A stretch of 63,984 bases of DNA, counting the filler, from Candidatus Babelota bacterium (GTDB lineage: Bacteria; JAGOBX01), in NCBI GenBank assembly GCA_017999075.1. It is 10 parts of 10 records of this genome, joined end to end, with 100 filler letters (N's around TTAATTAATTAA, not from the genome) between each part and the next. Parts side by side here need not be neighbours in the genome. Positions count along the whole stretch, not along the records: positions 46,613 to 53,084 come from JAGOBX010000205.1; positions 53,185 to 59,652 come from JAGOBX010000206.1; positions 59,753 to 63,984 come from JAGOBX010000371.1; 7 more parts are not named here. One strand, written 5' to 3'. Below, in pieces: positions 51,541 to 61,204 of this stretch. Both the position numbers and the translations under genes were made by a program. How positions within the stretch are numbered: position 1 is the stretch's first letter; the number at the start of each line of letters is the position of its first letter. The notes below the pieces were generated by a model. That model was not told where the DNA came from, did no database searches, and saw only the letters and a list, made by a program, of their open reading frames with translations.

Positions 51541-52479
51541 ATGGAAAAATTTCTAAATATTATCATTATTTTATTATTGATAATAATAATAATACTTATT
51601 GGATTTATTGTTATACTAATAAAAAATTCATTAAAGTCTAAGAAAGCTGTAAATCTAATCAAAAAAGGAAGAGAACTAAAAGAAAACAATGAAGTTGATA
51701 ATGCAATTTCTTATTATCACTCCGCGCTGAATTACATGAAAAACGTGACTGCGCTGTATGATTTAGGATATATATACTATTATCATAAAAACGATTTAAA
51801 AAATGGAGAGAATTTTTTCAAGCAATGTATCGAAACAGAACCAAATTTTGCCCCTGCGCATTATTCGCTCGGATTTATATATTTTAACGACTATAAGAAT
51901 CCAAATGCAGCCATAAAAGAATTAAAAATTGCAATATCAATTTCACCTCAATTAGCTTATCCTTACAATACTCTCGGTATAATTTATAATGAATTGAAAA
52001 TGTTTGATCAAGCTCAATTAATGATTAATAAAGCAATTGAAATAGATAATGATTATTCAGCTGCAATTAATAACCTCGGAGTTGTTTATTCAAACAAAGG
52101 CGACTTTGAAAAAGCTATAGAAATGTTCAAATTCGCATTAACTAAAAATTCCACATCTGCCGAATCATATAATAATCTGGGAAATGTATACGGAATAAAA
52201 CTTATGGATGAAGCAGCTATTGAATGTTTCAAAAAATCTATTGAAATCAACCCTTCTAATTACTATACGAATTACTGGCTTGGTTCTATATATTTAAGAA
52301 ACAAGCAATATGAAAAAGCTAAACAAAGTCTTGAAAATTCTATTAAATTGAACAATTCTTTTGTAGAAGGTTTCTTTAATCTTGCCATAGCATGCAGTAA
52401 ACTCGGAGAACGCGAACTGGAACATAAATATTTTGATATCGCAGTAAAATTAAAACCTGAAATTCTTGATGAAATTTAA
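51541..52479 (+). CDS. Membrane-anchored TPR protein
   Basis: N-terminal TM helix followed by about 7 TPRs (YNTLGIIY, NNLGVVY, YNNLGNVY). Confidence 0.9.
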   Translation: MEKFLNIIIILLLIIIIILIGFIVILIKNSLKSKKAVNLIKKGRELKENNEVDNAISYYHSALNYMKNVTALYDLGYIYYYHKNDLKNGENFFKQCIETEPNFAPAHYSLGFIYFNDYKNPNAAIKELKIAISISPQLAYPYNTLGIIYNELKMFDQAQLMINKAIEIDNDYSAAINNLGVVYSNKGDFEKAIEMFKFALTKNSTSAESYNNLGNVYGIKLMDEAAIECFKKSIEINPSNYYTNYWLGSIYLRNKQYEKAKQSLENSIKLNNSFVEGFFNLAIACSKLGERELEHKYFDIAVKLKPEILDEI

Positions 52480-53084
52480 TGACTTCAGCCGAACTTCCGG
52501 TTTTATTATTAACTTATTTTGAAACATATCAGCATTTAATAATTCCTGGATTGATTTTTTTTATAACAATAGTTCCGGTTCCTGTTCCTGAAGACATTCT
52601 ATTGATTTCATTCGGATTTCTCGCTGCAAAAAACAATCAGAATCTTACCATCATTATTTTATTATCTTTTTTTTCGGTAATTTTAAGTGATTTATTTTTA
52701 TATTATTTCGGAGTAGCCCTTGAAAAATTTGCTCTGGCAAAATCTGAAAATTTCTTTTTATCAAAAAAAATAAAAAAAGGGATGTTTTATTTTAATTCTT
52801 TCGGGTCACCCATAATATTTATAGCAAGATTTGTATTTGGAATGAGAAGCGCAGTTTTTATAACAAGCGGATTGCTGAATTTCAAATTAAAAAAATTTAT
52901 TATTTTGAATTCTCTTGCAGGTATTATCCAAATTCCTCTGCTGATAAGTTTAGGATTGATTTATTCTAATAAAATCGACCTGATTATTTATTATATAATC
53001 AGAAACAAAAACTATTTAACTTTTATTTCATTATTTATTATTATTTCAATTTTTATTTTTCAATTTTTAAAATTTTATTTTTTT
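52479..53084 (+). CDS. DedA family membrane protein (3' end at contig edge)
   Basis: PVPEDILLISFG, SDLFLYYFG, IFIARFVFGMRS and KFIILN motifs. Confidence 0.88.
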
Positions 53085-53184
53085 NNNNNNNNNNNNNNNN
53101 NNNNNNNNNNNNNNNNNNNNNNNNNNNNTTAATTAATTAANNNNNNNNNNNNNNNNNNNNNNNNNNNNNNNNNNNNNNNNNNNN

Positions 53185-53385
53185 TTTGCCGGTTCTGTTT
53201 TAATAGAAAAAGTTTTTGAAATACCGGGAATGGGATTACTTGCGCTTGACGCTATAACGAGCAGGGATTATAATGTATTCATGGGAATAATAGTTATACA
53301 GTCATTTTTAGGGTTAGTGGGAAATATCATATCTGATTTTTGTTATGTATGGATTGATCCCAGAATTTCATTTGATAAATCTTAA
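53185..53385 (+). CDS. Peptide ABC transporter permease (YejB/OppB-like), C-terminal fragment
   Basis: Manual translation [19 protein letters not shown]...RDYNV...[20 protein letters not shown]. Confidence 0.9.
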   Translation, partial: FAGSVLIEKVFEIPGMGLLALDAITSRDYNVFMGIIVIQSFLGLVGNIISDFCYVWIDPRISFDKS

Positions 53386-53420
53386 ACTTAAAGATAAATA
53401 TTTTAAAGATTTAGAATAAT

Positions 53421-55061
53421 ATGAATAAATTTAAAAAAGTTAAACGCGCTTATTATTCACTTTTAATTATTGCAGGATTATATTTTGTAAGTTTGTTTTC
53501 TGAATTTATAGCAAATGATAATCCTTTGATAATGAGGTTTGGTGGAAAATATTATTTTCCGGTAATAAAATTTTATCCTGAAAATAAGTTTATACCTTCA
53601 GGCAATAAAACAAGAGTAGATTATAAAAAATTGAAAAAATCAGAAGCTTTCAAAAAAGATAAAACTAATTTTATGCTGTTTCCAATCATTCCTTACGGAC
53701 CGAATGAAATAGAAGACACTGAACACGGCTTGTCAAAAAACATAGATATTTCCCTGAAAAAAATGAATCTTGTTTTCGGCAGCGTCAGGATAGATCAATT
53801 TTGCAGAATTCTAAAAATAGAAGATAATATAACTGAAATTTTTGAAAATTCAGAAGAAAAATTGTTTAATATGGATTTAAAAGAGTTATTGGATAAGAAT
53901 TCGGCAGAAATTATGAAAGAATTGATAAAAAATAGATATGAAGGGAAAATATCAAATTCTGTTACACTAAATGGAACTACACATAAAGGAAAATCAATAA
54001 TTTTGAAGTTATCAACATTTTCCGGGGGTGAAATTTCAGGTTCAGGAATTAAGGTAAGAATCAGCGAAGGCGGTTCAGATGATTTTTCAACAGCTAAAAT
54101 TTCAATTGATAGTAAATTGAAAATTTTAAAGTTTAACTCTAAATTTGCTGAATTTATTGGAGTGAAAAATATAAATTTTTTTGTTGATTTTAATAAACTT
54201 ATTGATTTGAGCAGAATTTCAAATAAATCTGAACTGCTGAATTTAATCACAAAAAAAATGTTGTCTAATAATATTGAAACTGAAAAAATAAAAATTACAG
54301 TTAATAAGAATTTAAACGAATATGATGAATTTGAATTGTATGCATTTAAGGAAAAAATGAAGTTTCCGTATAAACCCACAACAAATCATCTGTTTGGAAT
54401 AGATGATACAGGCAGAGACATATTCGCAAGGTTATTATATGGATTCCGTATATCAATGTCATTTGCTTTGATTTTATCAGTATCTGCTATGTTTGTTGGA
54501 ATTATTGTCGGCGGAATTCAGGGGTACGCAGGAGGATTGGTTGATATATCGTTTCAGCGGTTTACGGAAATTTGGTCAGCTATTCCGTTTTTATATGTAA
54601 TAATTTTATTAGGAGATTTGTTCGGGAAAGGTTTTAATTTGCTGCTTGTATGTTATGCGATTTTTAATTGGATAGGAATTTCTTATTATATCCGTGGAGA
54701 ATTTTTGAGATTAAAAAAATTTCAGTTTGTTGAAGCTGCAAAATCTTTAGGTTTACCTTGGTATAAAATAATTTTCAGGCATATTCTTCCCAATTCTTTA
54801 ACTCCGGTTGTAACTTTTTTCCCGTTTAGTCTGATGAGTGCGATAGTCTCGTTATCTGCTTTGGATTATTTGGGTTATGGCTTGCCTGCTCCAACTCCGA
54901 GCTGGGGTGAATTGCTTGGTCAGGCTCAATCACACAGGGATGCCTGGTGGCTTATTATATATCCTGCGGCATCTTTATTTTTTACTATGCTTCTTACTGT
55001 TTTTATTGGAGAAGGAGTAAGAGACGTTTTTGATACAAGAAAAAAAATAAAATATGAATGA
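53421..55061 (+). CDS. Peptide ABC transporter permease (YejE/OppC-like) with ~200-aa insertion
   Basis: SLFSEFIANDNPL, HLFGIDDTGRDIFARLLYGFRIS, EAA loop FVEAAKSLG and PTPSWGELL motifs; 546 aa. Confidence 0.9.
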   Translation: MNKFKKVKRAYYSLLIIAGLYFVSLFSEFIANDNPLIMRFGGKYYFPVIKFYPENKFIPSGNKTRVDYKKLKKSEAFKKDKTNFMLFPIIPYGPNEIEDTEHGLSKNIDISLKKMNLVFGSVRIDQFCRILKIEDNITEIFENSEEKLFNMDLKELLDKNSAEIMKELIKNRYEGKISNSVTLNGTTHKGKSIILKLSTFSGGEISGSGIKVRISEGGSDDFSTAKISIDSKLKILKFNSKFAEFIGVKNINFFVDFNKLIDLSRISNKSELLNLITKKMLSNNIETEKIKITVNKNLNEYDEFELYAFKEKMKFPYKPTTNHLFGIDDTGRDIFARLLYGFRISMSFALILSVSAMFVGIIVGGIQGYAGGLVDISFQRFTEIWSAIPFLYVIILLGDLFGKGFNLLLVCYAIFNWIGISYYIRGEFLRLKKFQFVEAAKSLGLPWYKIIFRHILPNSLTPVVTFFPFSLMSAIVSLSALDYLGYGLPAPTPSWGELLGQAQSHRDAWWLIIYPAASLFFTMLLTVFIGEGVRDVFDTRKKIKYE

Positions 55062-56040
55062 TATGGAAAAGAATGATTTGTTGAAAATAAATAATCTTTC
55101 AATAGATTTTTATACTGATTCAGGTGTAATTCCTGCAGTTGATAAAATTTCTTTAGAAATTGGAAAAGGTGAAATTATAGGATTGGCTGGAGAATCAGGA
55201 TGCGGAAAATCTGTTACGGCGTTAAGCATACTAAACTTGATTCCTAAACCTGCCGGAAAAATTGTTTCAGGCGAAATATTATTTAAAAACACAGATATTT
55301 TAAAAATGAATATTTCCGACCTGCGTAAGATAAGAGGAAATGAAATAAGTATGATATTTCAAGAACCTATGACGAGTTTATCGCCATTGCAGAAAATAAA
55401 TAAACAGCTTATTGAAGGTTTGAAAATACATAATCCAGGACTTGAAAATAAAAAAGCTTTTGAGATTGCAAAATACTGGTTGAATAAAGTAGGAATTCAG
55501 GATGTTGATAAAAGATTATATTCATATCCTTTTGAATTATCAGGAGGTATGCGCCAGAGAGTTATGATAGCTATGGCAATGCTTATGAAACCTTCTCTTC
55601 TGATTGCCGATGAACCTACTACAGCGCTTGACGTTACTATTCAATCTCAGATTCTTGATTTAATAATTGAAATGCAGGAAGAAACGAAAATGTCGGTTTT
55701 GCTGATAACTCATGATTTTCCTGTGATTGCAGAAGTATGTCAAAAAGTTATAATTATGTATGCCGGAAAAATAATTGAAGTTGCGGATGTGAAAAAACTT
55801 TTTGCGGTCCCATTTCACCCTTATACTGCCGGTTTGATAAAATCAATCCCGAAAATAAATTCTGAATTAAAACGGAACCTTTACAGCATTCCTGGATATG
55901 TTCCTTCTCCAGCTGATTATCCTGCCGGATGCAGATTTTATCCGCGCTGCAGCGCAGCGATGGATGTATGTAAAAATAAGGAACCTGAGCTTAAAACAAT
56001 TGATTCGAGGCAGGTGGCGTGTTTTTTGTATGGGAACTAA
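55054..56040 (+). CDS. oppD: Oligopeptide ABC transporter ATPase
   Basis: [36 protein letters not shown]-terminal Cys cluster. Confidence 0.92.
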   Translation: MNDMEKNDLLKINNLSIDFYTDSGVIPAVDKISLEIGKGEIIGLAGESGCGKSVTALSILNLIPKPAGKIVSGEILFKNTDILKMNISDLRKIRGNEISMIFQEPMTSLSPLQKINKQLIEGLKIHNPGLENKKAFEIAKYWLNKVGIQDVDKRLYSYPFELSGGMRQRVMIAMAMLMKPSLLIADEPTTALDVTIQSQILDLIIEMQEETKMSVLLITHDFPVIAEVCQKVIIMYAGKIIEVADVKKLFAVPFHPYTAGLIKSIPKINSELKRNLYSIPGYVPSPADYPAGCRFYPRCSAAMDVCKNKEPELKTIDSRQVACFLYGN

Positions 56041-56047
56041 TAATGAT

Positions 56048-57019
56048 ATGAATAATAATATAATAATAAAAATTGATAATTTGTCAAAATATTTTCCGGT
56101 AAACTCAGGGTTATTTAGTTTTTCAAAAAAAATAGTTAAAGCTGTGGATAATGTCAGTTTGGGAATTTATAAGGGAGAAACTTTTGCGTTAGTCGGTGAA
56201 TCAGGTTCAGGTAAAACAACATTGGGAAGATGTCTTGTTTTTCTGGAATCTATAAATTCCGGAAAAATATTGTTTAATGGAGAAGATATTTCAAGACTTG
56301 ATTCATCAGGATTAAAAACTTTCCGTAAAAAAATGCAGATAATATTTCAAGATCCTTTTTCTTCTCTTAATCCGAGAATTAAAATATCGGATATTGTCAC
56401 AGAAGGTCTGATAGAACATGATATTATATCAAAAAAAAATAAAATTGAAATTGCCGGGCATTTGCTTGAATCTGTGGGACTTGATTATAAATATATGGAC
56501 AGATATCCTCATGAGTTTTCCGGAGGACAAAGGCAGCGTATAAACATAGCCAGAGCTATAGCTATGAATCCGGAATTCATTGTTTGTGATGAACCTGTGT
56601 CTGCTCTTGATATGTCTGTAAGGACGCAAATTTTAAATTTAATGCTTGATTTGAAATCAAAACTAAATTTATCTTATTTATTCATTTCTCATGATATGTC
56701 TGTTGTATATAATATCGCGGACAGGGCAGCAGTAATGTATGGAGGCAGAATACTTGAATTAGGATGCGTCGATAATATTTTTGCAGAACCTTTGCATCCG
56801 TATACGGAATTATTGATTTCTTCTATTCCTAAACCAGATCCTGAATTAAAAAAAAATAAGATTGCTGTTGACGAAAATTATTATATTCCTGATTCTGGGT
56901 GTAAATTTTTTCCACGATGCAAATATTGTACTGACCAATGCAAAAATTCTACGCCTCAATTATTTGAAATAACACCGGGTCATTTCAGTGCATGTTATTT
57001 GAATCTGAATAAAAAATAA
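56048..57019 (+). CDS. oppF: Oligopeptide ABC transporter ATPase
   Basis: VKAVDNVS, GESGSGKTT, RYPHEFSGGQRQR, DEPVSALD and HPYT motifs. Confidence 0.92.
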   Translation: MNNNIIIKIDNLSKYFPVNSGLFSFSKKIVKAVDNVSLGIYKGETFALVGESGSGKTTLGRCLVFLESINSGKILFNGEDISRLDSSGLKTFRKKMQIIFQDPFSSLNPRIKISDIVTEGLIEHDIISKKNKIEIAGHLLESVGLDYKYMDRYPHEFSGGQRQRINIARAIAMNPEFIVCDEPVSALDMSVRTQILNLMLDLKSKLNLSYLFISHDMSVVYNIADRAAVMYGGRILELGCVDNIFAEPLHPYTELLISSIPKPDPELKKNKIAVDENYYIPDSGCKFFPRCKYCTDQCKNSTPQLFEITPGHFSACYLNLNKK

Positions 57020-57046
57020 AAATGTAATCTGAATAAAAAACGTATT

Positions 57047-57940
57047 TTATTTTTCTTTTTGCAGAGTAAATTTCATCATATCTACAGCTGCAGAAATAAG
57101 TTCCATTAAACCCTTATCGTATTTTTCCATATCAACAGCCCCTTTTTCTTCTCCGGAAATATCAATAAGGTTTACCATAGGTTTTTTTATTTTGAATATT
57201 GTTTCGTTTTGTCTGTGGAAAGAATATGACATTTTTTTATTTCCTTCAAACCCAACTTCTATGCCTCGTAAATCTGCAAATAATACAATGTCTAATGATT
57301 TAAGAACAGGCGCTCCTTTTTTTCCTTTGTCAATGTAAAAAGAAATTTTCATTGCTGCATTTGCTTTTGCATCATTAGTTAATTCCGCTAAGCGGCCTGC
57401 TAATTTTATGGCTTTAAAAGGATTTGTAGGGAATAACCCGAGATTTTCAGCTGAAACTTTTATTCCTTTTTTTGTAACTCCGTCACTTAAAATGCTTCCG
57501 GTATAACCTTTTGTAGTTTTTTCAAAATCAAGTTCCAGTGATTTGTAACGTTCAAGAGAAGTAAGGTTTTCTTTAGGAACTACCTGAAAACCGTTTTCTT
57601 CAAAAACATTTTTTATCATATCGTAAAAACGGTTTATGACTGAATTATAATATTCATTTCCAAGGTGTATTGTTGAAGTTTTAGTTGATATTGTTCCTGT
57701 TGTCCTTTGAGAAAAAACGCTGCTTGTAACTTCTTTGCTTTGTAAAAATTCGCCTGCGCATTCTACAATAACTATATTGCTGACATTCCATTTTTTTAAA
57801 TCGCTGAAATTATTATCTGTTAATTTTCCGGATATTTTTTCGATGTCTTTGAAATCATTGGCATCGTATTCATAATCGCCGGCATAAATAATTGAATTAA
57901 TTAAAATAAAACATAAAATTAATAACGCTGTTTTTTTCAT
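57047..57940 (-). CDS. Hypothetical exported protein
   Basis: Sec signal MKKTALLILCFILINSIIYA; GGAGG RBS spacing favours ATG 57940. Confidence 0.7.
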   Translation of the reverse strand: MKKTALLILCFILINSIIYAGDYEYDANDFKDIEKISGKLTDNNFSDLKKWNVSNIVIVECAGEFLQSKEVTSSVFSQRTTGTISTKTSTIHLGNEYYNSVINRFYDMIKNVFEENGFQVVPKENLTSLERYKSLELDFEKTTKGYTGSILSDGVTKKGIKVSAENLGLFPTNPFKAIKLAGRLAELTNDAKANAAMKISFYIDKGKKGAPVLKSLDIVLFADLRGIEVGFEGNKKMSYSFHRQNETIFKIKKPMVNLIDISGEEKGAVDMEKYDKGLMELISAAVDMMKFTLQKEK

Positions 57941-58142
57941 AAACATCCTCCGAATGAAATATATTTTTTGAATTATATAAAATAAGTGAAAAATTGTCTA
58001 CGGATTTAAAATTATTTTTTAATTTGCCGATTTTGAATTTGACAAAATAATCACAATAAAAATATTAATGCATTTTTCGAGTAGTTAAATATAATATATT
58101 AGGTTTTAATTTTTTTTTAAAATAATTTAATGATTTAAGTTT

Positions 58143-58604
58143 ATGCGTGATTATTTCATTTATTTAAAAGAATATTATTTCAATTCCGGAATAATAACTT
58201 TTTTTTTGTTTTTATTATCGTTAACCCTTACGTTTTTGATTATTTTGAAATACAATTTTTTTAGAAAAATTAATTCTGTATCAATAAATAATATTGAAAA
58301 TATTAAATTTCTTTCGTCTGATTTTTCGGATTGTTTAAAAAATAAAGATAAATATCTTAATATTATAAATACTCTTGTTATTATTGCTCCTTTATTGGGA
58401 TTGTTAGGAACTGTAACAGGTATGATTACGACTTTTGAAATAATGACAGATTCCGGAACCTCTAATATATCTGCATTTGCTGAAGGGATAAAAGAATCTT
58501 TATTTACCACTGAAATCGGATTGATAATTGCAATTCCGGGATATTTTTTTTCACGCAGGTTACATAAAAAAGCTGGAGCGCTTAAGAATCAGGTGAAATT
58601 ATGA
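58143..58604 (+). CDS. exbB: MotA/TolQ/ExbB proton channel protein
   Basis: APLLGLLGTVTGMITTF and GIKESLFTTEIGLIIAIP motifs. Confidence 0.9.
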   Translation: MRDYFIYLKEYYFNSGIITFFLFLLSLTLTFLIILKYNFFRKINSVSINNIENIKFLSSDFSDCLKNKDKYLNIINTLVIIAPLLGLLGTVTGMITTFEIMTDSGTSNISAFAEGIKESLFTTEIGLIIAIPGYFFSRRLHKKAGALKNQVKL

Positions 58605-59017
58605 TTAAAATAGAAAGAAAAAAAAATAAATATACATCTGAAGGAATAAATATAGCTCCGCTTATAGACATGATTTTTATATTATTGCTTTTTTTTGTTG
58701 TTAATGCGGCTTTTTTTAATGAATCTGGCTTAGATATAAATAAACCATCTGCGCAAAATTCATCTCAATTGGAAAAAAACAGCATTGTGATATATGTTAC
58801 TCAGGATGAGAGGATTATTATATCTAACCGTCAGATAGAATTGCTTTCTTTATCAGGTTCAGTAAAAAACGAACTTAATGAAAAAAACGGGTGTGAATCA
58901 GTTATAATAATTCCTGATAAATCAGTTCAATCAGGGTTACTTATAAGGATTATGGATGAATGTAAAACTGCTGGAATAAAAAACATCAGTGTTGCAACTG
59001 AAAAGCATAACGACTGA
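58601..59017 (+). CDS. exbD: ExbD/TolR biopolymer transport protein
   Basis: INIAPLIDMIFILLLFFVV and IMDECKTAGI motifs. Confidence 0.92.
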   Translation: MIKIERKKNKYTSEGINIAPLIDMIFILLLFFVVNAAFFNESGLDINKPSAQNSSQLEKNSIVIYVTQDERIIISNRQIELLSLSGSVKNELNEKNGCESVIIIPDKSVQSGLLIRIMDECKTAGIKNISVATEKHND

Positions 59018-59044
59018 TTTTTTTATGTTAAAAAAATAAAATAT

Positions 59045-59652
59045 ATGTTTGATTTTTTATCGAAAAAAATTTTAAATTTTTTTTTAAACAGACCTGCTGT
59101 ATCAGCAATATTGATTAATTTTATTATAATTATTTTTATTCCTGCTGTTACATTAAAAAAAAATGTTTCCGAAATTAAAAATTATCAGGTTTTTCCTGTA
59201 GAAATAATAAGCATTGCTCAAAAAGACGAATTGATTAGAAGTCAGGAAAATTATGATGAAAATAATGAAAAACTTGATAACCATCCGAAAAATTTAAAAA
59301 AAACCAATGTAATAGAAAGTGAATTGTTAGATTATGAAAAAAAAACCATTAAAGGTTTTTTGAATTTGAATGAGTCTTTAAAGATTGATGATAATAATTA
59401 TGAATACAGTGAGCCTGAAAATATTGCTGCAAATGTTGGTGAAAAAAAAAATTCTGAAAATAATTATGGATCAGCCATTAAAAATATAGAAATACCTGTG
59501 CAGTATTCAAATATTGAAAAAAAAACAAATAATGTGTTTGAAGAAAGGCAATTTTCTGAACACGAAGTTGAATATAAAACTGTTGTGATAAAAAAAATAA
59601 AACATTTTTATCCTTTTATTGCAAAAAGAATTAATAAAGAAGGAAAAGTAAA
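59045..59652 (+). CDS. TonB-like energy transducer, truncated
   Basis: TM anchor, charged linker, YPFIAKRINKEGKV start of a TonB C-domain; follows exbBD. Confidence 0.75.
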
Positions 59653-59752
59653 NNNNNNNNNNNNNNNNNNNNNNNNNNNNNNNNNNNNNNNNNNNNTTAA
59701 TTAATTAANNNNNNNNNNNNNNNNNNNNNNNNNNNNNNNNNNNNNNNNNNNN

Positions 59753-60415
59753 CGAATACAGCTCACCCTTAACTTTTTTCTTTATTATAGGCGCATAAAT
59801 TTCAAATGTTTTACTTTTATAATATTCTTCAATTTTGTCAACTGAAACATTCAGTTCAGCGTATATTTTTGAAATATCAGTAATAACGGCGATCTTACCA
59901 TTTTCGTTAACAAAATCCCCTTCTTTCACCATAACTTCTTTAACAAAACCTGAAATTTCCGATTTAATAAAAACTCCTTCCATTTTTTTTTTCTATTTTG
60001 CTTTTTCATTTTTTTTCATAGCCACTTTAGAATCAGCAATCCTGTAATCGGTTAAAGTTTTAAAATTTTGAGTTTTAGTGTTTTCCAAAATCATTTTATT
60101 TAAATCAAATTCAAGTTTATCTAATTCATCTTTTATCTTTAACGCGTCAAGTTCACATAAAACAATATTTGAGTCTATATAATCTCCTTCTTTTATTTTT
60201 AAATTATTGATCAAAGCCCCTACCCTGCTCGTAACAGAAATTTCCCTGTAAGGAATAATTATTCCGTCATAATTTTCCTGCAAATCAGTAAAAATAATTT
60301 CTTTATTCTCAAAATTTGTTTTTTGAGACACAGGAATATTTTCACAATAACCAAAAACCAAAAAAATTATAAAAATCAAAAACAATATAATTTTAAAAAC
60401 CCCAAAAACTTTCAT
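59753..60415 (-). CDS. Membrane fusion protein (RND/HlyD periplasmic adaptor), split by in-frame TAG at 59993-59995 and truncated at contig edge
   Basis: The two track ORFs are in frame, separated by TAG AAA AAA AAA, and align without gaps to the adjacent MFP paralog (GIIIPYREIS; SGFVKE..VKEGD). Confidence 0.8.
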
Positions 60416-60463
60416 ATTATGATTTCTCCTTGAAATTTTCAATTACGAATTTAGACTTATCTT

Positions 60464-61156
60464 TCATTCTTTAATTGATGCCAGCATCCCAGGTTTAATT
60501 TCATTATTCGGATTTTTAATCAATATTCTTGTTTTTACTGTATTTGTCGCTGAATCAATTTCCGGAAATACTGTCCAAATTTTTCCTACAATATTTTTTT
60601 TAATAAGAGGAATTTCAATTTTCACTTCTTGTCCTATTTTATATTTTTGTCCGCTTCCTACAGGAAGATTGATTTCTAAAAAAACATTTGAGATATCAGT
60701 CAATCCTGCAATTTTCCCTCCTTCATTAATTTGATCCCCTTCTTTAACCTTTATTTCCTTAACAAATCCTGATACAGAAGATCTAACAACAGCCTTTTTC
60801 AATTTATCTTTTATTTTAGATACATCAAATTTTTTTTTCATGATGTTATGATTTGAAATTTTTATTTCTATCAGGTTTCTGTCTTTCTGCAATTTTTTAT
60901 TTTCCAGAAGCATTTTATCCAAGTCCATTTCCGCTTGAACAAGCTCATCATATATTTTAATAATATCAAGTTCGCATATAACTTCGTTTTTAGAAACAAA
61001 TTCTCCTTCGGTTATTTTCATGTTTTTTATTACAGCGCTCAACCCGCCTGATATTGAAATTTCACGATATGGAATAATTACGCCTTCAACGCAAAAAATT
61101 TTTTCTCCTGCGCAAAAAAATATAAAAACCAGCACAATGATTATAATCCTTATCAT
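60464..61156 (-). CDS. Membrane fusion protein (RND periplasmic adaptor)
   Basis: Signal/TM segment, lipoyl half-motifs (ITEGEFVSKNEVI; SGFVKEIKVKEGD), PEIDSATNTVK and IKPGM. Confidence 0.9.
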   Translation of the reverse strand: MIRIIIIVLVFIFFCAGEKIFCVEGVIIPYREISISGGLSAVIKNMKITEGEFVSKNEVICELDIIKIYDELVQAEMDLDKMLLENKKLQKDRNLIEIKISNHNIMKKKFDVSKIKDKLKKAVVRSSVSGFVKEIKVKEGDQINEGGKIAGLTDISNVFLEINLPVGSGQKYKIGQEVKIEIPLIKKNIVGKIWTVFPEIDSATNTVKTRILIKNPNNEIKPGMLASIKE

Positions 61157-61204
61157 ATTATCATCCTTTAAAATATAAAAATATTTTTTATGCTATACAA
61201 AAAT

